Source: Eledone cirrhosa | Taxonomy: Eukaryota | Direction of reading: 5' to 3' | Assembly: GCA_964016885.1 (NCBI GenBank) | Contig: CAXHJY010001140.1 | Span: forward strand, 1-64,000 | DNA length: 64,000 bases | Part shown: positions 43,587 to 57,050 of the stretch, piece by piece | How positions within the stretch are numbered: the first letter of the stretch is position 1 | Layout: each line of letters begins with the position of its first letter | The notes under the pieces: generated by a model | The model's input: only the letters and a program-made list of their open reading frames with translations | Told to the model about the DNA's origin: nothing | Databases searched by the model: none | Translations under genes and position numbers: made by a program

Positions 43587-44201
43587 AATTCCATATACGG
43601 TAAAAGTGATTGTCACACGGATTGGTCAAAAGTTTGTTGTTGAGACACATGATTCTATCATGGCATTTTGCGGAAGGTAGGGGTAGCTGAACTTGCCAGT
43701 AGAAGAAAGAGAGAGAGGGAGTGGAGGAAATCCAGTCGAGCGTTGAAAGTGACAACTACAGCAGATTCTAAGGATAAGAGGTTGAAAAAAGTATACTAGA
43801 GAAGGGGAGGGGGAGGAAGTCGAAACAATACGTAAATATATATGGAGTAAATATATAGAAAAATATAAGAAATATTAAAAATATAAACAAAAAAAACAAC
43901 AATTTCTGGTTACTATTCCCCTTCCACAATCATCAAATCTCTCACTAGTACTGCTAAGCTATAGACAAGTTTAATAGGTAGGACGGAATACTAAATACGA
44001 GATTGTAGTGAAAGAATTTCATGAGTTAGTAGTAATCGGCCAAATCTATCTTACAATAGTAGTAATCGGCCAAATCGATCTTACAATGACAGATCAACAG
44101 TGGGGGGCAAAATACTAAAGAGAAAACTAAAAAAAAAACCTAATACGAAATAATAATTCAGAGTCCCGAAACAAATACGAAGTATTAATTCAGAATCCCG
44201 A

Positions 44202-44580
44202 GCATAAGTTACACGGACGGCGTCCTCCCGTGTAAGAGTTCGCTCTGGACAGTAAGCTCCAAGTGAGATTATAGGTTATATTGTTATCTTTGAGGTCCCA
44301 TATGTAGCCCGAATGTGTAGTTGCTTGATGCCGGGCCGGGTTTCGGAAAGTAAGTCTGTGTTGGTATAGCCGAGTTTTGAAGTCACAAGCGGATAATCCT
44401 ATATAAGATTTGTTGTATGTGTCCGTCCTCACGTTGAACTGGTAGATCACATTACGATCTCTGCATCTGTTGTCGGAGGAAACATTACAAATGCTGTTTT
44501 CGACGGAACAACTAAACAAGAAAGACGAACTAGTAACTGCATGCAAACACAGATTGCGTAGGACTTACCTCGCCCTCAAA
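44202..44580. pseudogene. PLE GIY-YIG remnant 3, split by an inversion (44202-44472 on minus, 44473-44580 on plus)
   Basis: Minus: CRDRNVIYQFNV..SYIGLSACDFKTRLYQH..GYIWDLK..TWSLL..Y..PCNLC. Plus continues SEETLQMLF..LNKKDELVTACKHR. Confidence 0.9.
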
Positions 44581-45717
44581 CCCCATAATGACCCGGGGGG
44601 AGGGGGTAGACAAGGGATGAAACACCCCACTTGCCGACTTTGTAATGGGTAACCCCTGCTTACAAAGGTAGACATAACGTTTTTGTATGGATTTTCTTAT
44701 ATATTTGTTATCGTTTCCTCTATATTTCCTTCTTCCCCCATCCCTTCCTAGTCCTTCCACCACAGATCTCCTTCTTTGTCGTCGTTCTTTTCACATTCTC
44801 GCCCACCCCGATGCAGCCCTTCGGTCCTCTTTAGCCTCAGTACCCCACCCCACTTATTCTATGATAGAATTGGGCGATTCCGCTTTTTATAGCAGATGTT
44901 CTACACCCCAGATACTTGCTTTCTTCTCTGATTGGTACCACATTTCCGTGATTTTTAGATTTCTTAGTGGTATTTCTGCTTTAATTTCTCGTATACCAGT
45001 ATTTTTGGGGGGATTCTGAATTCATTTTTCGTATTAGTTTTTCATATATATCGTACGAGCATTTATGTAGTTTGTATTAACATTTAAGTATTGTAGCAGT
45101 ACTCAGATATATCGTATTAGTATTCATGTTTCGGGATTCTGAATTAATACTTCGTATTAGTTTCGGGTCTCTGAATTATTATTTCGTATTAGGTTTCTTT
45201 TTTTTGTTTTTTTTTTGTTATTATTTTGGCCCCCTATTTGTTGACCTGTCATTGTAAGATAGATTTGGTCGATTACTACTAACTCATAAAATTATTTCCC
45301 TACAATCTCGTATTTAGTATTCCGTCCCACCTATTAAACTTTTCTATAGCTTAGCAGTACCAGTGAGAGATTTGATGGTTGTGGAAGGGGAATAGTAACC
45401 AGATGTTGTGGGTTTTTTTATATTTTTAATTTTTTAAATATTTTTCTATATATTTACTCCATATAGATTTACTTATTGTTTCGACTTCCTCCCCCTCCCC
45501 TTCTCTAGTATACTTTTTTCAACCTCTTATCCTTAGAATCTGTTGTAGTTGTCACTTTCAACGCTCGACTGGATTTCCTCCACTTCCTCTCTCTCTTTCT
45601 TCTACTGGCAAGTTCAGCTACCCCTACCTTCCACAAAATGCCATGATAGAATCATGTGTCTCAACAACAAACTTTTGACCAATCCGTGTGACAATCACTT
45701 TTACCGTATATGGAATT

Positions 45718-45813
45718 ACCCCCTGATAAGTTCGGCTATTCATTTAACAGGATAAACATTTTCATTTAGTCCAGAATAAGCCGTCGAAACGGCTTGAGCT
45801 CAGCCGTCGGGGT
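45718..45813 (+). ncRNA. Type I hammerhead-like fold, right-arm copy (core CTGATAA)
   Basis: P1 acccc/ggggt; CTGATAA 45723-29; P2 g..cggct/agccg..c; GAAA 45786-89; P3 cggc/gccg around palindromic tgagctca; GTC ending 45808. Confidence 0.68.
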
Positions 45814-45916
45814 CCTACTCGTTCCTATTACACACTCTACTACCTTTAGTATTGAGTACTTTGGTGCGTTATGGTCCATCTGGTTCCTTACCACATTTCC
45901 TTCGATATATATATAT

Positions 45917-45957
<41 letters not shown>

Positions 45958-48900
45958 GGTTTTATATTGATTTTGGTTGTAGTGATATTCGTACACTGTG
46001 TGAAACGTAGGTGTTTATAATTGAGTGTTTGTATTTTTGAACGGTGTGTAATATATATATATATATATATATAGTATCAACACTTTTTTTATGAATGAGG
46101 ATGCGGTGGAACGAGGTTCAACAGTCAGGGAAACCTTTCTCTCTTGAATAATAGTAAACATAATACTATATTATATGTCGGGTAATCATATTTCCCATAA
46201 TTAATAATTGAGGTTTTAGGTTTTGCTGATTAGAAAGGAGAACGTGTTGTTAAGTTATTACCATTAGATATCTTTATATTGTGATACGGTTCTAGTAAAA
46301 TTATTCCCTCTTTTAAGTCATTAATTTGTCTTGCAATATTTGCCTTGAGAAATCCTGCGTTTGTTATCAACAGCTCACCATGATGTTTATTTCTGTTATT
46401 TCTGTTATGCCTCTCTTTGAACGACTCACATAATTAGTGAAGCAATCAAAAACAACTTTCTTTTGAAATGTTTTAGAAATAATTATCAATTGCTACTTCA
46501 TTGAAATAACACAATTCTCATCATCCCTTTACAGTCACCGAAATCCATGGTAAGGTATCGTTTATGTGACATTTCTATTCTAAATTATGGTAATTTCCTT
46601 GACATTCTTTAATCATTCTTTTTTTTTCTCGAGCAGATTTACAGTTCATGTTTTGAAGAGGAAACTACATGTATTAATTATTAATTGGCTGTTATGACTG
46701 CCCACCTCTTTATTTTCACTAATGAAATATAAACAATCGTGCATGTCATTAGCTACATTTCGATTCCTTATATATTGTTTTGCTCTTGGACTTCCTGTTT
46801 TTTGTATGTGTGCCAATGGCTCGGGCTGGTGATATTAAGGTCGAAACTTTGTTACAGTGTAGATGGAACGTAATCCTGTCGGATTTCACGAAAAGTCTTC
46901 CAGTTTGATAAACGAAAGTAGCTGTTCACGGAATTGACGTGCAAGTGACCAAACATCACCTAGACATATATGATATGAATATAATTCTCAGAGGTACTCA
47001 GTATAATACAGTTTATGACAATACTGTCTTTTGATTTACAGCTACAAAGCATCCGACGGTGTTTCGAGCAGTTTCCAACTAATCACAAAGCCCGATTATG
47101 TGGTAAACGTTATGAAGTGCAATCAAACCCGAGGCCTAAAATACGGCAAAGAGAACTATTTGGTCTTGCTGCATCCAGAGATATGAGTAAATGTTTACAC
47201 ACAACAGAAACGATTGAGGATAATATACTAGTTGATAGAATGTCAATACTACGTTCCTGCTATTCATTATTTACATATGCATCATTACATCCATGATGTT
47301 TAACTACATTTAATAAATATATATATATATGATGATTTACATAAACTTTATTTAGACAATTTCATTATGAGTCTACCGATTCATTAAATATCAGGCAAAA
47401 TGATTAAATGCGAAAATATATAGCTGTTGAACATCATTTATGAGCGATTTAGTCGTCCTTTTTTTCATTATAACATATGAGTTTCTATCATTTATCTTAC
47501 ATCGAAAGACGACATTATCTGTAGAACCACTAGGGCAGTGATTTGTCAGTAGTGTATTGAAGAAATGCTTTGCGTTATTTGTTTCGCCTCAATATTTTCT
47601 GAGTTAAAAACAACCCAATTTCCACTTTCCCTTTCGTACTTTCAACACCAATTAATAGAATTACCAATTAAGAAATGGAACCCATATAAAGAACTTCCTG
47701 TTACATTCCAAAAGTCAAGCCTTGTCGCTAAGATAGAAAACATTATCTGTTGAGGCTCAAAGATATAGGTTTGCATGATCGTTTCTGCACCGGGAAAATA
47801 TTTTGAAGTATTTATCTGCGCTGGAATACTACCAAGATCGAATTTACGTTTCATCAAAGTATAGTCAAATAAATATATGATGATTTTTGACTGTGTAGTC
47901 ATATATAGAGAGGGGAAAACAAATATACATAGAAACTATGATGTTTTTTACATTAAGTAGTGTTGGCGACTATATGGATTTCGAATATCCACTGCTTAAA
48001 GAATCACTGCCTTTGTGCCTAAATTAGAAACTATTATTTCTATATTTTCTATGACCAAGGAGAAAGTTTACATTGATAGATTCGCAAACCTCGTAAGAAG
48101 AGGATATCTCCAAACGCTGTACTGACAGGTAATTCGTCTATTTATTACTTCTTTCGTATTTTGATCTTCGACGAGAGCGTCTTCTTCTAATCACCTCATA
48201 CTAAACTTGTTTATCTTGCAACTTCCTTCGAAAATATTGAGTCGAAAACGAGAATTGTAGGATATATAAAAGACGGGTTACTGAGTGAGAAAGAGGAATA
48301 AAATAACGAGAAGGGAAGGGTTTAGATCACACATTTTAATACGTACACAGAGAGATATTTAGGACAGCGGATTTGGAATAATATTAAATAGGCATTCAAT
48401 TCATATTGATGTTGATGGTACTCCTCTCGATAAGAACATTCTGGTTTCAAGACCTGGGTAGACATGACTATGCTTAAAGTGCCTTTGAATAAAAAAACAG
48501 TGAATACTGAAAATTATAAACAGTTATATGTTTCGAATTTCAATTATTTTTATGAATGCAACTCCATACTTAAAGGGACGATGTATGTAGATTTGGTAAC
48601 ATGGGACATGTGTAACCAAATTGATACCTGAATCTTACCTAGAACTTGATACTTACCTGTCTAATTCAGGTAAACTTTATTACGAATTTGAAAAATGGTA
48701 CCATTCATTGATAGACCCCCCCCCCACCACCACCAATAATATGAAAAGGTTATATGCTACAGCATTAAACAAATCTCCCATCACATATCATTGTTACTCT
48801 AGCAGCTATGGTGCATGAATGAAATATTCTCACTTGATACACCTTTTATTAACACTATGAATTTATTCTCACTTTGTTCTCACTTGTAAATAATGACTAT

Positions 48901-51774
48901 ATGAATGTAAATTTGATCTCTCAGTTATAGGTGTTATTTACGACATAATGTTTATGTAGAAACTGTACAGAATAAAATGTCCCTTGCCTATTTGAAGATG
49001 CCGATTTTATTTCGTGTGGATGGCTACAAGTATGTTGTCTATGATAATCAGATTGCTTCAGCCAATTACATTAGAAATATATTTTAATTAAAACATGGTA
49101 TATGTATGATTAGCATCCAAAGAAATGAGTTTAATTTGACCATTTACACACAAATTTACACACAAATATGATACACTCTAATTTTGGATTTTTGTATATA
49201 TTTTCCAATTAAGATTAAAAACAATCTGACATTGAAACAGAATTAAAATAGAGCTTATTTTGCTTCGTAAAATATTAGTTTGTTTCTTTGTGAGCAATGT
49301 TGACATATACTTCTTAATTTTTCTGTTAACCGTGCAAAACTCGAATACATAAACAAGTAAACACAAAGTAGAAAGACAACATCACAACTGTAATTCCCCG
49401 CCCCATTTCTACATTTCTACAAAACAACGGCGTGAATTTATATTTGAAAAATGTCCGGTGCCAAGTTGACGAAAATAGTTGAGAATATTTGGGCTATGGG
49501 ATCAAGTTTTAACATTCAGGTGCTCGTAAATTAAAAAAAAAATGAAAGGTTCAGAGGTTGACCAAGATACTATTGTACAATGAGCAAATAAGGTTTAGAG
49601 TACCTGGAAACAAACAATGCAGTTACTAATAAGAGGAATTGAATGTAATGCATGCAATATTTCACAGATCTAGCATCACTCTTTCATAGTCAGCCTATGA
49701 ATTAATCCACCTATCCCCGTAGATTACCTCATTCACCGCATGGACTCAGAGGAAAACATACCCCATAACATTTCTCCCATTAGCTACTAGGTTAATCCAT
49801 TAGTCCCTTTCTTCTAGTAAACTAACATTTAGAATTAGGGGGCTTGTGTGGAGAGGGAATGAAGAACTCTGCAATGAGATGTATTGTACGGAGATGTGGC
49901 CTGAATTAATTTTCTTTACTAGGACTACATATAGCACGAAGGGAGGTGGTGTATATTTAATTGTACTCTGAAGAAAAAGAATACATGAGTATACGTGTTT
50001 TACGGAAAATGAGCTACATCCTTGTTGATAAGAATAAAACAAAACAACAAGAATTGCGTGGGGAGACAATATGACATCTAATGATGTGACCGTATGATGC
50101 AACGGGATTGAATATTTAGCTGAAACGGATATAGAGTCGGAAAGCAAACAATCATTTCCTGGGAGCAGAGACAGCGGCAGTTACGATGAAAGCGAAAACA
50201 ATATACCATGTTTGAACAGTGTTATGTAGTGTGTAATAGTTGCAGAGTTGTAGCAAAGAAAAATGTGCCAATAAATAATTGAGTCATTTAGCATTGATGC
50301 GACGTGTCCGTTTCGTTTTACAAAACACCATTAAAATTGATAAAGTTAAAATTATAACTATCACATCCTTACAAATGATTTTTTTTAATTTCCTGAACAC
50401 ATATTTATTTGATAATTATTTGATAACAGAATGTTTGTGTTGTTGACGATTGTGATATAGATATTTCAGGTTAAACATGCTGCTCTAGCTATTGTGCTAC
50501 TATTTTTCTCACATTCATGGCATGCGTTTTTGTTATTGTTGTTGCTGTTGCTGTTGTTGTTGTTGGTGGTGGTAGTAGTTGTGATAGTGCTTTTGTTGCT
50601 TTTGCTTTAGTTATCTGTTTTCTACTTGTAAACAGTGGATAACTAATCTAGGGAGAGCAAAATGGAACAACGATGTCATATGCAATGTTAGTTAGACAAG
50701 TAATTATCTTGGTTTTGAAGCAATCGTCAAATCACACATACAGTTCGCTCTCATTAATCTTTTCCATGTCTACATACATGGAACAATATGAGAAGTCTAT
50801 GGAATAAGCCCACAGGTTTGATGTGTTAGAAGACGTTAAGATTTAAGTATAAAGATTAAACTTGTTATCTCAATGAAATATTTACGTTAAAGATTTTCCA
50901 ATAGGTTATTATTTTAACAGTACCTTATTCGTGTCAGTTAAATATCTAAACAAGAATATTCGGATATTTATCAGTACCCCGAGGCTTTCAATTTCCAACA
51001 TCTGTACACTTTGCAACATCTTTTCTTCATTAGTTTAAATGTTCTTCAAAATGCTGCTCTACTTCTTGTTTTCAACTGTCTTATCTGAAGTGATTTTTTC
51101 GCTATTCATACAAGTCACGGAAATGCGTTTAAAATTCATTATGTTGGAGTTGTATAGCCTTCTATTGTGATTTTATGTAATTGGAGATAAAATTCCATTG
51201 GGAATCACTCGAACTATTTTCAGATCAAAGAACGGTTGTCACCTAGTCATTGCGATTATTTTTATGAGATTTAGCGGATGTCTCTTGTTTTAGGCATTTT
51301 GTGATATCAGATATTGTCTCATTAAATATTATTTGCCTCTTAATTGTATTTATCTTCTTTTCTTATTTTCTTTGTATAAACGAAGCAAATATATATCTTC
51401 CTTGTTTAATTTTGTTCCATATTATCTGTGTGAGAATATACCCAAGCTCATAAACACATAGACGCAAACATACGTACAATTGGAACGTACACAAGAACAC
51501 GTATAGGTATGTGAGTTGAAGAATAGTTCTCCGTCTAAAACTTGTCCGCAACCCCATAGAGTCACGGGTTCAGCAAAAGCACTTAATTGGAATTTGATGA
51601 ACTAAAAATGCAGAAGACCGTCATGCACACACACATGCACAAACATACACACACACGCATAAATATTTATATATATATATAGTAATAATAATAAATTTTA
51701 AGACTAAAATCCCAGAAGATCCCGTTAAGGGTGAAAGCAGCGATTCTTTACTTAAACTTTAAGCTGTTATTTTA

Positions 51775-51822
<48 letters not shown>

Positions 51823-52455
51823 CTATGTGTGCGTGCGTGTGTGTGTGTGTAGGTGGATGTGCATGAAGTTAAATATGTATGTAAGTGTGTGTGTGTAAGT
51901 GTGCAGTTATGATTCTCAATTTATGCGGGGACGTGTATGTTTTGAGTTATATGAAGTCATGAAATCGTCAGATCATCCAGTGCACTTATTTGGCAATGCG
52001 GTTGAGTATTTCTATATAATCAGATTTGTGCATGCTCTGGACATCGTCACCCGGAGATAACATGATTTACCATTTTATGGTAATATATTTTTTTTTCATT
52101 GTTATTTTTACTACAATTTTATCATTATTGATTACTGCTTTACCGAGCACAGCTCTGTGTGCCTTGGGTATGAGCAGTGTAGTTTTTGCTGATGTGTTTC
52201 TATTGTGTTGATAGTACTCTTTGTAATATGTGTGCAGTTACGACTAGTGTTAATTTTGTATGCTATATATATTTCTAACTCCCGGAGTTTTGGCTCTGTG
52301 GATTTTTTATCATTCCAAGAGCAACTGTTATTATAGGAATTATCCAGTTTTCATTTTCAACATTCGAGTTATTTGTATGTCTAGATATTTAAATTTGGAG
52401 AGTTCCCTATTTTAATGGAATATATCTTGTTATCTGTTATTTGTCACGGCTCCTC

Positions 52456-53378
52456 TTCAAATTCTTGTTGGTGAGGCGGTCAATCTAATCTGCTGCCAGC
52501 ACCCTCTACGCAGAGGGCTGATCATGCCGTGGCTAATGATGCGCAGACAAGCGCTGAGGCGGCGGCTCCACCAGATATTGTGCGTAAATGCCGAAGAGGT
52601 GTGGTCACCGTTTGTCAGACGGGCGTTCCAAATTCTCTCTTTACGTGGGATGCAGTCCTGGGTCAAAAAGAGACCGAGACTGGGTTACTGGCATCTGGAA
52701 TGTTGCCAGGACCTCACTGCTTTTTACTGCAGGCAATGCGGTTAGTAGAACTTCTACTCTCGTGTTCTATAGAAAATTAGTGGTGGGCAAGTGCGAAGCG
52801 ATGCACTCGTAGAGGCTCTGGGCGTCGATAAAGTCGAACCAACCAGTCTGCTCCGGAGGAACCTCGAGCCGGGGACGATGGATAACTTAAAAAAATACCT
52901 CACTTGGCAGTGCTACCGAGGGGCACTCCCGGTTCGAGATAATCTCTACAGGCACGGAAGTCCTGTCAGATGGACCTGCCCGATATACGCGCAGACTAAT
53001 GAAATCTTTCTGCATGCACACGTCCAGTGTCCGTGCATTACTGACTTCTGGAATTATGTTGAACAGCTGTTGTCGCTTGTAGAACGGATACCGCTATCGG
53101 CCGAGTCCATAGCGAAGATCGACCCACCGCCTTCTTTTAACCAGAAAGGGCCAGCAATTTTCCACTGTCTGGGGGCAGTAGCGAAAGAGGTTGCATGGTG
53201 GACCAGGTTGAAAGGACTGAAGAGAGACACTATTCTCTTCGGCCATTACCTCAATTTTTACAAATTTCACTTGGATAGGAAGGTGAGAGTGGATAGAGAA
53301 GTGCTGCACCCCCCCCCCCCTCCTAGTACATGTGCTGACAGGTGTTGAATGTGGCTTGAATGGCCCTTGTGAGTGGTT
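52456..53378 (+). pseudogene. Diverged 3' fragment of the Tx1-type ORF2
   Basis: MPWLMMRR, SWVKKRPRLG.WHLECCQ, WQCYRGALPVRD and VAKEVAWWTRLKGLK match 36420-37350, with frameshifts. Confidence 0.93.
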
Positions 53379-53439
53379 AATTTGCATCTTCTCCTTTTCT
53401 TGTGCCAAAAAGTCAGGCTACATTTTATTCCTAGCCAAA

Positions 53440-53825
53440 AGCCACCAGTTGAGGCCTATTGTGTTCTAATTTCTTGTCCGCCTGTATCCTGAAATCCCAT
53501 AGAAGCTTCAACTGATCGTGTTCTACCACTGAATCTGGCTAATGCCCAGGCCACTTATCAGAATGTGGTAAATTATTTAGTTTGCATAAATGCGAGTGAA
53601 TCATCTCATGCCTCCAGTCTTTACAGTGGATCTGGACTAGGTGTTTACACTCGGATACAATGTAAGCCACAGGCTCCTGTCTTTCTCCATAGATTTTACA
53701 GAGTGAGTTTATCTCTTCCTTGTCAATGTGGTGTTTCACCCACTTCGTTCTGAGAGCTTGCTCCTGTGCAACCATTAGCATTCCTTCTGTAGCTTTTTTA
53801 AGGTCGCCTCTTTTTAACCAGCTTA
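53440..53825 (-). pseudogene. R4/Dong-clade (RLE) non-LTR retrotransposon C-terminal remnant
   Basis: WLKRGDLKKATEGMLMVAQEQALRT..CKI..IVSECKHL..RH..HLC..KW..H*PDSVVEHDQLKLLWDFRIQADKKLEHNRP. Confidence 0.85.
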
Positions 53826-53849
53826 AAAAGGGTGCTATGAAGAGATTCA

Positions 53850-54015
53850 CCCTTTACGTCCTGAGTTGAGTTCAAATTCCATGGAAATTAGATTTGCGTT
53901 CATAATTACGTGCTTTATAATATAAAGCACTAGTAAATACTGGGTTCGATTTAATCGACTTTCTTCTCCCCTTCAATTTGCTGGCATTGTGCCAACAGTA
54001 GAAACAATTATTATT
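53850..54015 (+). mobile_element. Degenerate SINE copy
   Basis: gagttcaaattcc B box and ttgtgccaacagtagaaacaattattatt 3' end. Confidence 0.65.
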
Positions 54016-55834
54016 AAAATAATTAGTATGCGGGTCGCTAATGTTGACGGGTAACTCGCTAGTATATTAATAATAATTCTAATAATATTCTAGCTATAAC
54101 AGACGTCTACACCTTTCTATTCATCGAAAACATAATAACTCTTTGTCGGCTTTGGGAGATTGCAGCCAAATGCAGTCATTAGCTTTCATGTTTTCCTCTA
54201 TCAGCTCCACTAAAATTAGCTTTCAGTTCAGAACTTTGTAACCATAAATTATTCCTGGAGCAGCTTTTATGCATTAATCTAATGTATTTTCAATATTTCC
54301 GTCTTTTTCTTTCATTTATGTATGTAGTATTATGTTCTGTTCATTAACATCTATGTATAAATGTATGTCTACGGTGTGTCCTAATTAATATTATTGAGGG
54401 TGTTATCAATCGTGATATTAATGATTTCTCTTAATGTCCCACTGCACAATTTCTAAAGTAAATTTCATGTCAATTCATCTACAGATTATGTATAAGGATT
54501 TTAAGTTCTCTATCGATCTTAGGTGTATAATTGCCGTCATCTATATCCAAAAACAGGAATCAAAGTGACAGTCATGTCTCTTACTGAAATGAGCAGATAA
54601 CTGCATAGTCATTATCTACGCAATAAACAAATGTTCATAAATTCTTTGCTTATAGGGTTGAACAAACTTTGTCAAGCTTTTGTCAAATATAATGATGTAT
54701 TTTTGTGTTGCTGAATTCCTAGCAAGCGAAATTATACTGCCTGAGAATCTTGCTGAAATTAATTTAGGCAGTATATTACATTTCTTGCTTGGACCATTCC
54801 AACAATTTCTACGCGTGGTGATTTAACAGGGAGATATGGAGTTTGAAATGCTGCACTCCACCCCAGGAGTAAATTTCATTAACCCTTTCTCTAATCAATT
54901 TCTAATGAAAGACGATGTTTACGATGATCAGGAAATCAAGAATAAGCAGGTATCTGTAGTTATTTATATCGTGTGGGCAGAGTTCTCAAACACTCTGTCC
55001 AGACGGTCTTATCATAAGCCTCAATGTGATTCGACTGAATCTTCAAGTGAAAACAACCCAGTTCATGGATGTTATCCAAACATTTTGCTCGTGTACTATC
55101 TCTGGGTCAACTGCTGGTTGATTGTGTCCGTCAAACCTGTCCAAAGTTTCGTTACTTAGACATATGACCACATGTCAACCGTGATTTTTCAATTTGTAGA
55201 AACGACATCTGTTCCTATAGCGACACCCGGGTATCCGTGCAATTTGGCCTGTATTAGTATTCTTATATCTTTGTCAAGTGAAGAATATCTAGAAGCTAAT
55301 CTAGAAACATTTCTATTAAACATGAGTGTTTCGTCAGTGATTGACAACTATTCCGATAGATAACTAGTGATGGATTTACATATACCCTACCATGGAATTT
55401 CTAACATGGGACAAGTATTAACCTGGGAAGCAAACAATCGAATGAGATATATGTATTCTGAACACGCGGCAAAAAATAACTCAGTGGCCCTCAAGTTGTT
55501 GGCTAAGCATCAAATAAGCAGCTCTTCAACGATGACACCATGATAATATTTAACTGTAAGCCATGATCTGGTGCTCAAAAGACTATACCATGAAATCCGT
55601 GGAAATAATAGTTCTGAAAATGAAAATGTAAAATAGCAGGGTGATATGGAAGGCATATGGATACATAATAGAGGACTAGTGGAATGTTCCAGTCCAATCC
55701 CAAATAAAATGTAAATATAAAAAACCAGACATAGTGATAGGGATTGAGAAAAGAAAGCATGCGCATTAGAGGAAAGCAGCTCTCAACATAATGCTCACGT
55801 TTTGCGAAAAGAAAAATATTTATGCTGAAATAAT

Positions 55835-56049
55835 GATTTCTAGTATAGGCACAAGGGCAATTTTTTGATGGGAGGGGAAAGTCGATTAAATGGACACCAG
55901 TATGTTACTGCTGCTTTATTTTATCGACCCCGTAAGGATGAACGGCAAAGCTGACCTCGGAGGGATTTGAACTCAGAACATAAAGAGCCATACCTCTCTG
56001 CTGCTAAGCATGGCGTCCGACCCTCTAACGATTCTGCCAATCCTCCAAC
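55835..56049 (-). mobile_element. tRNA-derived SINE with 18-bp TSD
   Basis: Same family as 30883; TSD tatttatgctgaaataat at 55817-55834 and 56050-56067. Confidence 0.92.
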
Positions 56050-56523
56050 TATTTATGCTGAAATAATAACGAAATGACAGATGTTCATCCTTGACTATAA
56101 CTTTAGATGTGTACATGATATACTTCAATGCTCGGTATAAATTATAAATTATACTGCCTCAGTATAAATTATATAAAAATCTCGGCTACACAGGAACAGA
56201 AGGAACAAGGCTAGTTAAGAAGGTCCAAATACGTTCATTAATGGAACTGTAGAAATATGAGAAACTTTTCAGAAATTCAGCATCTACACATGTATAGAAA
56301 GATAAGCTTGGACTGGTAGACATATGTAATTCAAAACAAATAAATTCACATACAAAAAACAATAACGTTGAACGTAGCTGTATTATAATAATTATAATAC
56401 AACATGCGCTATCGTATCTTCCTTGGATTATAAAGCATCAGTTGAAGTCATCATAAACTGAGACACACACCCACCCACACGCGAGAGAACTCATATGCAT
56501 ACATGTGCATATACGCATGTATT

Positions 56524-56568
<45 letters not shown>

Positions 56569-56601
56569 TTATATATGTATGTATATATATACATATATAT
56601 G

Positions 56602-56663
<62 letters not shown>

Positions 56664-56665
<2 letters not shown>

Positions 56666-56846
56666 ACGAAGGAAATGTGGTAAGGAACCAGGTGGACCAT
56701 AACGCACCAAAGTACTCAATACTTGAGGTAGTAGAGTGGGTAATAGGAATCAGTAAGACCCCGACAGCTGAGCTCAAGCCGTTTCGACGGAGAATTAGCC
56801 GTCGAAACGGCTTGAGCTCAGCTGTCGGGGGTCTTACTGGTTCCTA
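56664..56846. mobile_element. PLE family C mini inverted pair in (TA)n
   Basis: Left arm (-) runs from the terminus taacgaagg; right arm (+) stops at ttccta|ta. Confidence 0.9.
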
Positions 56847-56848
56847 TA

Positions 56849-56885
<37 letters not shown>

Positions 56886-56986
56886 GCAAAAGTTCTATTT
56901 AAAATTGTTGGGATACAACAAGTAAATATTTTATAACTGATATAAAGCACTCGACATGTTTTATTTATGAAACTGTTTATATATTG

Positions 56987-57050
56987 TATTTTGTCTGATG
57001 AAGGCATACCATATTTTAATTGGTATCCCTGAAATATGTATAATGAAATA
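56987..57050 (+). ncRNA. Type I hammerhead ribozyme with intact core
   Basis: P1 tattttgt/atgaaata (8 pairs, 2 G-U); CTGATGA 56995-57001; P2 agg.atacca/tggtat.cct; GAAA 57031-34; P3 T-ATGT-A; ATA triplet ending 57042. Confidence 0.78.

Larger units (their letters stand above)
43477..45904 (+). mobile_element. Penelope-like element remnant (family C parent): inverted pLTRs 43477-44201 / 45131-45827, GIY-YIG fragment, 77-bp tail, in (TA)n
   Basis: About 700-bp inverted arms (the ORF track shows the same peptide at 43549- and 45549+); one hammerhead in each arm. Confidence 0.93.

Noticed and set aside
45549-45755. Same 68-aa ORF on both strands (also 43549-43755)
   Set aside because: It only reflects the inverted pLTR arms; it has a non-ATG start and no recognisable domain.
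48059-48128. Possible exon bounded by ag and gtaatt
   Set aside because: Stops in all three frames and a weak acceptor; cannot be supported without RNA data.
51711-51760. Family F cagaaga-t-ccc-gttaa-ggg-t-gaaa as a hammerhead
   Set aside because: Hammerhead-shaped, but U4 is A and no NUH site follows in any of the three copies; at most a relic.
54030-55260. Possible Helitron 3' end (gacgggtaactcgCTAG|t, ending 54062) and faint RT-like motifs on minus near 54600-54700
   Set aside because: Too degenerate to call by eye: the hairpin is imperfect and the motifs are not in a continuous frame.
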